Shown here in pieces: positions 18,477 to 28,136 of a DNA stretch of 64,000 nucleotides. Source of the stretch: Clostridiales bacterium (GTDB taxonomy: Bacteria > Bacillota > Clostridia > Christensenellales > CAG-314). A program made the position numbers and the translations under genes. The stretch lies in the NCBI GenBank assembly GCA_004558105.1, contig SFEB01000004.1, forward strand, positions 5,120 through 69,119, in the 5' to 3' direction. The notes under the pieces were generated by a model that did not search any database, had not been told where the DNA came from, and saw nothing but the letters and a program-made list of their open reading frames with translations. Position 1 is the first letter of the stretch. Every line of letters begins with the position of its first letter.

Positions 18477-19811
18477 ATGCAAAAAGAATACTATTACAGA
18501 CTAAAAGACGAAATGATGGAAACGTTAATCAAAACGCTTTCCATAGATACCGTCCGTACCGCACCCGCAGACGGGGCGCCTTTCGGTAAAGGCGTGGCGG
18601 ATTGTCTCGCTTTCGTCCTGGACGTAGCGAAAAAAATGGGTTTTGAAACCTACAACTGCGACAATTACGCCGGTCACGTAGAATTCGGCGACGGTGAAGA
18701 AATCGTCGGCGTTCTCGGACATCTCGACGTCGTTCCCGTCACCGACGGTTGGACGACTCCTCCCTTTACCCCGACTATCCGCGACGGGAAACTGTACGCA
18801 CGCGGAGCAAGCGACGACAAAGGACCTATGATTGCCTGCCTGTACGCGTTAAAAGCATTAAAGGACAGCGGTTTTAAACCGTCAAAACGCATTCGCCTGA
18901 TCTTCGGTTGCGACGAAGAAACCAATATGGAATGCGTAAAATATTACAAAACAAAAATGCCCTTACCCGACGTCGCTTTCAGCCCCGACGGCGATTTTCC
19001 CGTCATCAACATCGAAAAAGGTATCTATGCCTTCGACCTCGACGTGGGAGAATTGCCCAAAGAAATCAAGCAAATGCACGCAGGTACCCGCGTTAACGTC
19101 GTTCCCGACCTCTGCGAAGTTACTCTTTGCGGTTGCGTAGACGAAAACCTTATCAAAAAGAGCGGTATCGAATACGAAAAGAACGAGGACGGGTGCTACC
19201 GTCTCACCACGCGTGGCGTTTCCTGCCACGGCGCAAGTCCGTATCTCGGCAAAAACGCAACGTGGCAGATGTTCGAAGGCTTGTCGGTAATTTTCCCCGA
19301 CAGTGAAACTTTGCGTTTCGTTGCAGACAAAATGTGCAAGGACGTGTACGGCGAAAAATGGGGTTTTGCTCTCCATGACCAACCGAGCGGAAAAATCACT
19401 CACAATATAGGCGTCGTCGACCTGGTGGACGGCCATTTGAAAATAAAACTCGACGTACGCTTTCCCGTTACCTTTAAAAGCGATTTCGTCCGCGAGTGCC
19501 TGCTGTCCAACAGCATTGCAAGTTTAAAAATCGACCAGAGCCATATAAAGGAACCGCTCTTCGTCAAAGCCGACGAACCGTTGGTCGTGTCTTTGCTTAA
19601 AATCTACAACGATTTTACCGGCAGTAACGCGCTTCCCCTCGCCATCGGCGGAGGAACGTATTCGAGAGTTCTGCCCAAATGCGTGGCGTTCGGCCCCGCC
19701 TTCCCGGGAGAAATGACGGCTATACACGAAAAAGACGAATGGATTTCTCTGGAAAACCTCGACAAAATGGCGTTGATGTACGCTCAGGCAATAGAAGAAT
19801 TGGCAAAATAA
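18477..19811 (+). CDS. pepV: M20 family dipeptidase (PepV/Sapep-like)
   Basis: Motifs GHLDVVP, RGASDDKGP, GCDEE. The start is moved to the ATG at 18477 (MQKEYYY), downstream of an AGAGG SD. Confidence 0.8.
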   Translation: MQKEYYYRLKDEMMETLIKTLSIDTVRTAPADGAPFGKGVADCLAFVLDVAKKMGFETYNCDNYAGHVEFGDGEEIVGVLGHLDVVPVTDGWTTPPFTPTIRDGKLYARGASDDKGPMIACLYALKALKDSGFKPSKRIRLIFGCDEETNMECVKYYKTKMPLPDVAFSPDGDFPVINIEKGIYAFDLDVGELPKEIKQMHAGTRVNVVPDLCEVTLCGCVDENLIKKSGIEYEKNEDGCYRLTTRGVSCHGASPYLGKNATWQMFEGLSVIFPDSETLRFVADKMCKDVYGEKWGFALHDQPSGKITHNIGVVDLVDGHLKIKLDVRFPVTFKSDFVRECLLSNSIASLKIDQSHIKEPLFVKADEPLVVSLLKIYNDFTGSNALPLAIGGGTYSRVLPKCVAFGPAFPGEMTAIHEKDEWISLENLDKMALMYAQAIEELAK

Positions 19812-19858
19812 AAGCAACCGTATCTCATCAAAACTACTTTTTACGTTGATAAAAAATT

Positions 19859-20467
19859 ATGGATAAATACTTATATTACGTAGACGACAAACCGTATCTC
19901 AATATCACCAACAAATGCAGCAATCACTGCGACTTTTGTATACGCAACGACCGCAAAACGATGGACGGTCAGAACTTGTGGCTGAAAAATCAGACTCCGA
20001 CCGCCGAAGAAATTATCGAACAAGTAAAGACGGAAAAAAACCTTTCGCAGGAATTCGTCTTTTGCGGTTTCGGCGAACCGACGGAAAACCTGTCCGCACT
20101 TCTCTCCGTCGCACGCTTTATCAAGGCAAACGGGGGCACGATAAGACTTAACACCAACGGACAGAGCGACCTTATAAACCGCCGTTCCACGGCAAAAGAA
20201 ATAAGCGAGGTCTGCGACGTTATCAGCATCAGCCTTAACGACTGCACGCCTGCCGATTATCAAAAACTTTGCCATTGCGAATTCGGCGAAGACGCTTTTC
20301 CCGCTTTGCTCAAGTTCGCCAAAGAATGCGACGAAAACGGCGCAAAGGTTATTTTGTCCGTCGTTGACGTTATCGGCGAAGAAAAAGTCGAAAAGTGCCG
20401 CGAAATCTGCAACCGACTCGGACTGACGTTAAGGGTACGCACTTATATCCCCGTCACTCAACACTGA
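19859..20467 (+). CDS. TatD-associated radical SAM protein
   Basis: 202 aa with the CxxxCxxC cluster motif (CSNHCDFC). It lies immediately upstream of tatD, as in the TIGR04038 family. Confidence 0.75.
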   Translation: MDKYLYYVDDKPYLNITNKCSNHCDFCIRNDRKTMDGQNLWLKNQTPTAEEIIEQVKTEKNLSQEFVFCGFGEPTENLSALLSVARFIKANGGTIRLNTNGQSDLINRRSTAKEISEVCDVISISLNDCTPADYQKLCHCEFGEDAFPALLKFAKECDENGAKVILSVVDVIGEEKVEKCREICNRLGLTLRVRTYIPVTQH

Positions 20468-20469
20468 TT

Positions 20470-21228
20470 ATGGCAAAATACGTCGACTGTCACTTACATT
20501 TAGAAGACCATGCGTTTGACGGCATGCGAGAAGCGATTATCGCCGCATTCAAGGCCGACGACGTCGATTTCGTTATCGATTGCGGCAGCGACCTGAACCT
20601 GGCGGAAAAATACGACGATATTTACGCCGTGGTGGGTTGCCACCCTCACGAGGCAAAAGATTTCGACGACAAAGCGGCGGAATTTTTTACCGCCGTCTCT
20701 TCTCACGAAAAAGTGGTGGGCATAGGTGAAATCGGTCTGGACTATCACTACGATCTTTCGCCCCGTTCCGTTCAGAAAGACGTTTTCGAAAAGCAAATCG
20801 TTCTTGCCGACAGCCTTAACCTGCCCATTGTAATTCACACCCGTGAGGCGTGGAAAGACACTCTGGACGTTCTTGCCGCCAACAAAAAACGCCTCAACAA
20901 CGGCGTACTGTTTCATTGTTTTAACGGCAGTAAAGAAACGGCGAAAATACTCGTTGATAAATACGACGCCTATTTCTCGCTCGGCGGCGCGGTAACCTTT
21001 AAAAATTTCAACGGATTCGACGCCATCGAAGTTCTTCCGCGCGACAGAATTCTGACCGAGACCGACGCACCGTACATGACGCCCGTGCCTTTCAGGGGAA
21101 AAACCAACGAGCCGAAATACGTTGCGCTGACCGTCGCCGCACTATGCGGACGATTCGGTTGGGATAAAGACGAGTTTACCCGTCAGGTCAAAGAAAACAC
21201 CCTGAGACTGTTTGGAATAAAAAGGTAA
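20470..21228 (+). CDS. tatD: TatD family metal-dependent hydrolase/DNase
   Basis: Motifs DCHLHL, GEIGLDYHY, IHTREA. The start is moved to the ATG at 20470 (MAKYVDCHLHL). Confidence 0.85.
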   Translation: MAKYVDCHLHLEDHAFDGMREAIIAAFKADDVDFVIDCGSDLNLAEKYDDIYAVVGCHPHEAKDFDDKAAEFFTAVSSHEKVVGIGEIGLDYHYDLSPRSVQKDVFEKQIVLADSLNLPIVIHTREAWKDTLDVLAANKKRLNNGVLFHCFNGSKETAKILVDKYDAYFSLGGAVTFKNFNGFDAIEVLPRDRILTETDAPYMTPVPFRGKTNEPKYVALTVAALCGRFGWDKDEFTRQVKENTLRLFGIKR

Positions 21229-21261
21229 TCGAAAAAAACGAAAAGCAAAAATTTTTATACC

Positions 21262-21301
21262 AAAAAGGGACGCTGTTAAAAACAGCGTCCCTTTGTTTTT
21301 T
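21262..21301. terminator. Bidirectional rho-independent terminator
   Basis: 10-bp stem GGGACGCTGT / ACAGCGTCCC with a 5-nt loop, an A-run upstream and a T-run downstream. It lies between the convergent tatD and the membrane-protein gene. Confidence 0.8.
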
Positions 21302-21319
21302 AACAAAACGTCTTGTTCT

Positions 21320-22069
21320 TTATGCCTCTCTTTTTTTATTCTTTATATTTATCGCTTTTGCCAGAAAGTATAACCCGGCGTAGACAAGCCCGAACACGGC
21401 AATCAACGTTAACGTGTACAGCCAATTTATACTGAACCAGCCGTAAACGCTCGTGGGCGTCGCATTGTATAAAAATGCCAACGGCGTTCCGTCGTAATGG
21501 TAAATGTAAAAGTAGTTGGGAGTCCAGCCGAACCACAGTCTGAAAGCGTTGTTTGAAAACACGGCGACAACCAACATAATCACCACGAAACCGAGAGAAT
21601 AAATAAGGTCTTTGCGGTTAAAGTCGCTTTTATAAACGAAAATCCCGTACAAAGCGCCGACCACGATAAGCAGATGTCCCCAGATATACGCTTGCGGCCG
21701 TATTGCCCACAGAGTAGCGTAATTGACGAGAGAATCCGCAAAAACTATCGACAAAAAACCGGGCATCATATTAAAGCAAAAAGCCGTCAGTAAAAGCCAT
21801 TTCTTTTTAAAAATCAACGCCAGTCCCACGATTATACTGCCGATATGACAGACCTGAAACGGAATAACTTCTACCCCCATTCCTTCTCTTACGTAAATAT
21901 CTACGTTTCTTGCAATAATAACGACTAAAGAAAGAGCGCCCATGACTATTCCGACGATGCGTTTAGTTTTTTCGCTCGCTTTTCTCGTGCATAAATAAAT
22001 AACGGAAAAAAGGACGAAAGGCGATAAAATATACAAAATGTGCCAGACCGACCATAATGTGAATTTCAT
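21320..22069 (-). CDS. Integral membrane protein (YwaF/TIGR02206-like), function unknown
   Basis: 249 aa, about 7 predicted TM helices. The family assignment comes from overall pattern only. Confidence 0.5.
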   Translation of the reverse strand: MKFTLWSVWHILYILSPFVLFSVIYLCTRKASEKTKRIVGIVMGALSLVVIIARNVDIYVREGMGVEVIPFQVCHIGSIIVGLALIFKKKWLLLTAFCFNMMPGFLSIVFADSLVNYATLWAIRPQAYIWGHLLIVVGALYGIFVYKSDFNRKDLIYSLGFVVIMLVVAVFSNNAFRLWFGWTPNYFYIYHYDGTPLAFLYNATPTSVYGWFSINWLYTLTLIAVFGLVYAGLYFLAKAINIKNKKREA

Positions 22070-22221
22070 ATTCCCTCCGAAAACACGCTTATTATATCAA
22101 ACCGTTTACTCGTATGTCAATGTTTTTCCGAAGCGATATAACTTTTCCGAAATTTTCTTTAATAAACGACGCGGCGCTTTTACCAAAAAACGCAACGAAA
22201 ACGCACCCGTCCGGACAGGTT

Positions 22222-24498
22222 TTAAAATACTTTTGCAACAAGAACGGTAATATCGTCCACGGCTACGCCGTCGGTGGCGGAAAGCGCTTGTTCCAACAGA
22301 TTTTCCGCAAGAGCCTGAGGGTTGGTGATAAAACTGTCGTGAAGTAAGGTTGCGGGAACGGTTTTGTCGTCAAAACTGTCCCAGAATCCGTCGCTCGCCA
22401 GAACTATCATATCGTCTTTTCTCAACACTTTTTTGGTTATCGTCGGTTTTACCTCTTCTACGATACCGACGGGAAGGCTGGCTCCTTCGATAAAATTGAC
22501 AGCGTCACCGACCTTTATCATTCCCATAGGCGCGCCGAGTTTGACGAAATCGGCAAGCCCGTCTTTAAGGTCTACTACGCAGATATCCACGGCGGTAAAC
22601 ACTTCGCTTTCGGCGGCAGTCAGCAACCTGTTGACGCAATCGAGTATCAGGTCGTTATCAAACCCGGCGCGGTAAAAATTTTCTACCATACCGATAGCGG
22701 TGGCGGAGGCTTTTTCCGCCCTTTCGCCGCTACCCATTCCGTCGCAAAGCGCAACCAGATATTTGTCCTGCGGCAAGCGCAAAAAAGTATACGTGTCGCC
22801 GCTCAGCTCGCTTCCGTTTTTCGTCGCCCGTGACAGCCCGACTGACAAATCGAAACGCGGACGGGGCGAAAAATACAACATACACCATTCTTCCTGCGGC
22901 AGTTTCTCCCGCGCGCAACAGACCAAAGGCGTGGCGCACACCTTGCTTACTATATCCGAAATCTGCGGTTTGTCGATATCCGATCTTGCAACTACCAACG
23001 CAACGGAAAAGTTTTCCTTTTCGCAATAAATTATCGCTTCTTTTACCAAAACGTTGTAGTAGGTCAGTTGTTCTATCAACGCCTTTTCTTTTTCTTTATC
23101 AAATCCGACCGTCGCTCGACTGTCTTCCGACATTTTAAGCATCACCCGTCCTATGCCGTCCGACACCGACGCCAACAACTCCCGACTTCCGTCGAAACTC
23201 GAATTTACCAGATAATACTGTTTGTAACTCATGACTTCGCCGTTTGCAATAGAAAGAATACTGCTCGACCGGTTGCAACTTGCGGCAAGGTCGGGCGGCA
23301 AATCAAGCAGATTTACCCGTCCTCTGTCAAGGCCGCAGGAAATGAGTTTTTCAAACCTGTTTTGCGACACGGTTGCGTTTTCACGCCAACATTTATTTCT
23401 GTTGGGACAGTCGTTGCACACGTTGGTCACCACTTCCTGCGTGATGGCGTAAACAGCCTTTTCCGGCGGCATAACTCCGCGCGTCAGGCTGTTGAAAGTA
23501 CGTTGCATCGCAAAAAATACTTCCGACAAATCGAATAGCCGTCGCGAAAAATTGACGCGCATACGGTTGACGATCTGACGGGGAGAATATGCGTCGTCGT
23601 CCTGTCCGAGATACTGTCTGAGTTTTTTAATAGCTCGGTTGGGTATCATACAACAGCACGCGCACCCTGCAAAAGTCATCAACAGCGCAGTCACTGCGGC
23701 GTTCCGGTAAAGATTAAAAAAGTAAACGACCGCCACCTGGCAAAGTATCACTGCCGCCGCCGACAGGTACCTGTTGATTTTAAACGCCGTAGCCACCGCC
23801 GCCCACGATACGAATAAAGCGAGAGGAACGAGCGAACCGTTCGTCAGGGCACTGCCTGCCCCTATACATGTCGCCGTCATAAACGCTCCCCCCGCGCCGC
23901 CGACAAGCAAAGCCAACGGCACAGCCAATGCGGCTAAAAACAGGTTTAACTCCACGCCGTTAAGGACAAAATAACCGACTCCCCGAGCCAAAGCCATACA
24001 AAAAACGAAAATACATATGCTTTCGTCTGCCCCCGCCTTGTACCTTAATCCTCTGACGAACACCGACCTGAAAGCAAAAACGCACACGTAACCGAACGCC
24101 GCGCCCACAAGAAAACACCCCAGCGTCGCTCCCGCGCCTTCGGTCGGCACCAGTTTAAAAAAGTAGTACCCGTGCGCCAACAGAATATAAAAAAACAGCC
24201 AGAACTTACCTATTCTTTTTTTTAATTTGTAGCTTATAGCCGTCAAAAGAATCATTACTGCGCCCTGACTTGCCGCAATCAGCCCGTGGGTAAGATTGTT
24301 TAAACAGGACGTCGCAACGAAAAGAAGAAAAGGCACCAGGCGTTGTTTAAGATATATGCAACCCACGAACAGACCGAAGGATAGTGCGCCGAGGAGGTTT
24401 TCGCCCCGCGACAAAAGGAAAAAAGCCGCCGCAAGAGCCAAATAGGTAATTATTTTTTCTCCTATATTTATTTTTTCTTTTTTTGCTTTTTTTGACAT
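22222..24498 (-). CDS. spoIIE: Stage II sporulation protein E (membrane PP2C phosphatase)
   Basis: 758 aa. About 10 N-terminal TM helices, a central linker and a C-terminal PP2C domain (SGDTY..., CDGMGSGERA, ASDGFWD). Confidence 0.85.
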   Translation of the reverse strand: MSKKAKKEKINIGEKIITYLALAAAFFLLSRGENLLGALSFGLFVGCIYLKQRLVPFLLFVATSCLNNLTHGLIAASQGAVMILLTAISYKLKKRIGKFWLFFYILLAHGYYFFKLVPTEGAGATLGCFLVGAAFGYVCVFAFRSVFVRGLRYKAGADESICIFVFCMALARGVGYFVLNGVELNLFLAALAVPLALLVGGAGGAFMTATCIGAGSALTNGSLVPLALFVSWAAVATAFKINRYLSAAAVILCQVAVVYFFNLYRNAAVTALLMTFAGCACCCMIPNRAIKKLRQYLGQDDDAYSPRQIVNRMRVNFSRRLFDLSEVFFAMQRTFNSLTRGVMPPEKAVYAITQEVVTNVCNDCPNRNKCWRENATVSQNRFEKLISCGLDRGRVNLLDLPPDLAASCNRSSSILSIANGEVMSYKQYYLVNSSFDGSRELLASVSDGIGRVMLKMSEDSRATVGFDKEKEKALIEQLTYYNVLVKEAIIYCEKENFSVALVVARSDIDKPQISDIVSKVCATPLVCCAREKLPQEEWCMLYFSPRPRFDLSVGLSRATKNGSELSGDTYTFLRLPQDKYLVALCDGMGSGERAEKASATAIGMVENFYRAGFDNDLILDCVNRLLTAAESEVFTAVDICVVDLKDGLADFVKLGAPMGMIKVGDAVNFIEGASLPVGIVEEVKPTITKKVLRKDDMIVLASDGFWDSFDDKTVPATLLHDSFITNPQALAENLLEQALSATDGVAVDDITVLVAKVF

Positions 24499-24515
24499 TT
24501 CCTTTCTCCTTACGG

Positions 24516-25211
24516 CTAAAACAACTTGCTGATTTCTTTTTTCAGCCGCTTTATTATTTTTTTCTCAAGTCGGGATATGTAGGACTGAGATATTCCCAAC
24601 AAATCCGCCACCTCTTTTTGCGTCTTCTCTTCGCCCCCGTCCAGACCGAAACGCAAATCCACGATTTTTCTCTCGCGCTCCGAAAGCTTTTTAAGCCCTT
24701 CGGCGAGCAGTTGTTTTTCTACCGTCGTTTCGAGATTTTTAAAAACGAGGTCGTTGTCGGTGCCGAGAACGTCGCCGAGTAACAGTTCGTTGCCCTCCCC
24801 GTCTACGTTCAACGGCTCGTCGAGAGAGACTTCCGTCTTTAATCGAACGGTTTTTCTCAGGTACATCAGTATTTCGTTTTCGATACACCGCCCGGCAAAG
24901 GTCGCCAGCTTTATCTTTTTTTCCGGATCGAACCCGTTGACCGCCTTGATAAGACCGATGGTGCCTATACTGACTAAATCTTCCGTATCGACGGAAGTGT
25001 TTTCGAATTTTTTTGCAATGTACACGACGAGACGCAGGTTATGTTCGATAAGTTTTTCGCGAGCCGCCGCATCGCCGTTTTTCGCCGCTACCGCATACTG
25101 TTCTTCTTCTTCGGGCGTAAGCGGTTTGGGAAGAGCTTCCGCGCCGCAGATGTACGCCACCAGACGTTTGCCAAAAATAAAAGAAATCGCTTTTTTCAAT
25201 AAACCAATCAT
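24516..25211 (-). CDS. sigE: Sporulation sigma factor, pro-sigma-E type
   Basis: 231 aa. N-terminal pro-sequence, then sigma-70 regions 2 to 4 ([35 protein letters not shown]). It lies directly downstream of spoIIGA. Confidence 0.8.
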   Translation of the reverse strand: MIGLLKKAISFIFGKRLVAYICGAEALPKPLTPEEEEQYAVAAKNGDAAAREKLIEHNLRLVVYIAKKFENTSVDTEDLVSIGTIGLIKAVNGFDPEKKIKLATFAGRCIENEILMYLRKTVRLKTEVSLDEPLNVDGEGNELLLGDVLGTDNDLVFKNLETTVEKQLLAEGLKKLSERERKIVDLRFGLDGGEEKTQKEVADLLGISQSYISRLEKKIIKRLKKEISKLF

Positions 25212-26026
25212 ACTTTTTCCTCCGATAAATAATAATTGACCAGACAGTCAAACCCGTCGCCGCGCGTGGGCGAAAAGGCTAAAAAAGTGCGAACGGACAG
25301 GTCGTTTATAGTCGTTTTATCCGCTTCGAAAACAGCCACTTCGTCCGCTCCGCTGACCGTCGCAAAACTTACGTAGTGAAAGTTTTTCGGCGGTGCGCCG
25401 CTTATTACGCCTTGTGTCACGAGATTTTTTAATTTTTTTGAAGCAGGCGTCGAGCAAACGAAGCACACGGGTATTCCCTTGTCGGTCAGACCGTTGCCGC
25501 TGTCGATTAAACCCACCAGATCGACGGCAACGCCGTTAAACTCGACCGTAACCTTGCACCCGAATCGTTTGATTTTTCTCACCCGTCTGACGTAGGCGGC
25601 TACGGAGCGAAGCAAAGCCAAAAAAACCAGCGTTCCCAGACCGACGAAACCGATAGGAACGGGTGAAAGATAATACAATCCGACGCCGGCGACGTAATCC
25701 ACCTTAAACAGATTGAACAGAGCAATTATCGTTCCGCCTGCCGCAAAGGTAATAAAGGCGAACACCGCTGCGGCAAGGAAGGTTTTTTTTATTCTTCTGC
25801 TTCCGAACGCAACCGCAACGATGGCGACGAATACCGCGATTTTAGCGACGACAGCCCAAACGCCTTCGGTCAAAGCCGACGCCACCGCGCCGACCGCTCC
25901 CACAGCCGCGGCAAGAAATATCCTGCCGCCGCGTACGGGTATTTTCGTCAGCCTTGCCGTCAACCGAACCAACAACCAGTCGAAAAAAAGGTTGTCTGCA
26001 AGGGCGTACTCAACGTAAACCTTCAT
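25208..26026 (-). CDS. spoIIGA: Sigma-E processing peptidase SpoIIGA
   Basis: Membrane N-terminal half ([20 protein letters not shown]...) and a C-terminal aspartic protease region ([10 protein letters not shown]). The start is moved from 26200 to the ATG at 26026, because the upstream 58 codons look non-coding. Confidence 0.8.
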   Translation of the reverse strand: MKVYVEYALADNLFFDWLLVRLTARLTKIPVRGGRIFLAAAVGAVGAVASALTEGVWAVVAKIAVFVAIVAVAFGSRRIKKTFLAAAVFAFITFAAGGTIIALFNLFKVDYVAGVGLYYLSPVPIGFVGLGTLVFLALLRSVAAYVRRVRKIKRFGCKVTVEFNGVAVDLVGLIDSGNGLTDKGIPVCFVCSTPASKKLKNLVTQGVISGAPPKNFHYVSFATVSGADEVAVFEADKTTINDLSVRTFLAFSPTRGDGFDCLVNYYLSEEKV

Positions 26027-26265
26027 AGACCAAGAATAAATCTTTTCGGCAGTGGATAAACGATGTTTTTTGTCGAAAGGACTCAAATCACGGCAAAAAC
26101 AACCCTTCCCGCCCTTTCGGGCGCAATCGGAAACCGAAATATAAATCAAAATACCCCGAACGGGGTGCGAAAAATAACGAATGCCATAAAAAAAAGACAA
26201 AATTTGTTATTGTCTTGCTTTTTTTTATAAAATATGGTATAGTATTCCCTGTCAATAATAACCAT

Positions 26266-26339
26266 GCGGGTGTAGTTCATCGGTAGAATGCGAGCTTCCC
26301 AAGCTTGAGAGGAGGGTTCGATTCCCTTCACCCGCTCCA
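26266..26339 (+). tRNA. tRNA-Gly (anticodon CCC), encoded CCA end
   Basis: Cloverleaf folded by hand. Acceptor GCGGGTG/CACCCGC. Anticodon stem CGAGC/GCTTG with loop TTCCCAA. T-arm GAGGG-TTCGATT-CCCTT. Terminal TCCA. Confidence 0.85.
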
Positions 26340-26345
26340 AATAAG

Positions 26346-26390
26346 AACGCAGAACAGGATACAATTATTTGTGCCAATTCTGCGTTTTTT
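26346..26390 (+). terminator. Possible terminator after tRNA-Gly
   Basis: AACGCAGAA ... TTCTGCGTT stem followed by TTTTTT. The loop is large (about 23 nt), so confidence is modest. Confidence 0.4.
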
Positions 26391-26503
26391 ATTGCTTTTT
26401 AGTGGTATTTTTGCCATTTGAAAGCGTAAAACTGAATATTATAATAAAAAAGAGCCTATCTTCCGAGAATTTTTGCACTCCCGGCGAATGGGCTCTTTTT
26501 GCT

Positions 26504-26558
26504 TTCGTTAAAATTATGGGTATTCGTTAAATTTATAGTATTTCGTTAAATTTATGGA
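26504..26558 (+). repeat. Three tandem direct repeats TTCGTTAAAWTTATRG, 19-bp period
   Basis: Copies at 26504-26520, 26523-26539 and 26542-26558, read directly. They lie about 40 bp upstream of a consensus promoter. Confidence 0.7.
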
Positions 26559-26598
26559 GCTAATCGCTACAATATAGCTGGCAAAGGATAAAATAGTG

Positions 26599-26627
26599 TT
26601 GAAATTATTGGAAAAATATGATATAAT
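26599..26627 (+). promoter_or_regulatory. Sigma-A type promoter of the lipoprotein gene
   Basis: TTGAAA, a 17-nt spacer ending in TGA, then TATAAT (extended -10). Confidence 0.6.
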
Positions 26628-26682
26628 ATATTATATAAACTCGCAGTATAAATTTATGTAGACAAAGGAAAGGAGAAATACC

Positions 26683-27597
26683 ATGACAAAAATCAACGGA
26701 AGATTTATTGCGCTTTTACTTATTGTCGCGACTGTTTTGGCTATGTTTTCGGGATGCGACTTGATTTTCGGTCAGAAGCCTGACGGTACGGTTAATTATG
26801 ACGAAAAAATGGATGCCTCCACGGGAAAGTGGCTACTTATGGACGAGGAGGATACATACTTCGTTTTTGACGGTTCGGAGGGCGTTATGACCTTCAGCTA
26901 CTACGAGGACGACGCGCTGAAATATCAGGGCGGCTTCAGATCTATATATAGAAGCTCCGACAATGCAAAGACTCCCTTGACCTTCATTCTCACAAGAAGC
27001 GACAAGGAGAATGAGGACTGGATCAGCTGCTACGCCGAGGGCGTTGACGATGGCTTCACACAGTTCAGCATCATCTACGCCGAGGAGGACCTGGGCTTCA
27101 CAGACGGCACGGTCTATACTCACGTTTACCGCATAGGCGAGATGCCATACAAATTCGGAACCTACGTGCTGGAGGGCAATTCTCATAAGTCCTACAGTAA
27201 GGACATCTATAACGACGGACAGTACCGTCTGCCCGAGGGCACCTACACCGCAGAGAGCAGCCAGAGCTTATTTGTACTGCCCCTGATAAATCAGAGCTTC
27301 TCGCTCTTCATCTACACAAACGGCGAGACAGTCATTGAGGGAATCTTCAATATTTCCGAGGACAGAAAAACGCTCTATCTCTATATCGAAAACGACATTT
27401 ATGAGAAGGTAAGAAAGGCCGACAAGGATAACTACGACACCACCGTCAGCAACTACTATCCGCCCGATTTCTATCTCCGCGGCAGCTTCGATAACAATGA
27501 CAACAGCATCGTTATAAACGGGCTCTATCATCATCCATATAGCCCCACCGAAATTCAGGACTCGGTCTGGGTATTTGACACATACACAAGACAATAA
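26683..27597 (+). CDS. Lipoprotein of unknown function (compositionally atypical gene)
   Basis: 304 aa. Signal peptide plus lipobox (LAMFSGC). SD AAAGGAGA. Codon usage differs from the neighbours (GAG/AAG/AGA/AGC rich, fewer CpG). Confidence 0.75.
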   Translation: MTKINGRFIALLLIVATVLAMFSGCDLIFGQKPDGTVNYDEKMDASTGKWLLMDEEDTYFVFDGSEGVMTFSYYEDDALKYQGGFRSIYRSSDNAKTPLTFILTRSDKENEDWISCYAEGVDDGFTQFSIIYAEEDLGFTDGTVYTHVYRIGEMPYKFGTYVLEGNSHKSYSKDIYNDGQYRLPEGTYTAESSQSLFVLPLINQSFSLFIYTNGETVIEGIFNISEDRKTLYLYIENDIYEKVRKADKDNYDTTVSNYYPPDFYLRGSFDNNDNSIVINGLYHHPYSPTEIQDSVWVFDTYTRQ

Positions 27598-28030
27598 GAA
27601 CTCATTACACATATTGGAGAAAGCAAAGAATAACCAAACAGGCTTAAGGTTTCAGCCGAATAATTAAAATTGAAACCGCTTTGGTAAAAACTCATCCGTT
27701 TTTGACCTAACTCATCCGCTTTCAATTTTGTATCCTTTTCATAGCTCTTTCACAAACAAACACGATTATTCGATACCGTCGGCATTGAATTTTCGTGTTT
27801 ATTTTTTTAAACGAAAACGCCCGTCGCAACTTTAAAAGGATACCGAAACACGCTTGAAACAGCCGTGCCAAACGGAGATCTGAAAATTGCGGAGGAAAAT
27901 CGTTCAAAAACGGCGTAAAAGCGCGGAACTTACGCGGCGAGGGCTTGCCCTCGCCGCGTCTTTTATCCGCTTGACTAAGACTTAAAACCGAAAAAAAGAA
28001 AAACACGAAAAAGATTTTTGTAGATTTATA

Positions 28031-28059
28031 TTGCATTTAACGGCGATTTTTGTTATAAT
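28031..28059 (+). promoter_or_regulatory. Sigma-A type promoter of the M18 aminopeptidase gene
   Basis: TTGCAT, a 17-nt spacer ending in TGT, then TATAAT. Confidence 0.55.
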
Positions 28060-28136
28060 ATATCCTGATAAACGTGAAGTTTGGCTTTACGTCCGTCGCT
28101 TATCGATAAAAATGAAAAAACATAGGAGATATTATT

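Noticed and set aside
26027-26364. N-terminal extension of spoIIGA to 26200, and the 72-aa ORF 26146-26364
   Set aside because: The extension has no similarity to the SpoIIGA N-terminus, which begins at MKVYVEY. It consists of hairpin-rich leader sequence. The 72-aa ORF is antisense to tRNA-Gly.
27722-28036. 104-aa minus-strand ORF downstream of the lipoprotein gene
   Set aside because: Its N-terminus is a low-complexity poly-Phe stretch. It runs through a GC-rich hairpin and into the promoter of the aminopeptidase gene. It has no SD.
27598-28136. Search for a direct repeat of the tRNA-Gly 3' end marking the far att site of an integrated element
   Set aside because: I could find no copy of the GGTTCGATTCCCTTCACCCGCTCCA segment by eye. 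The islet therefore cannot be called a bounded mobile element.
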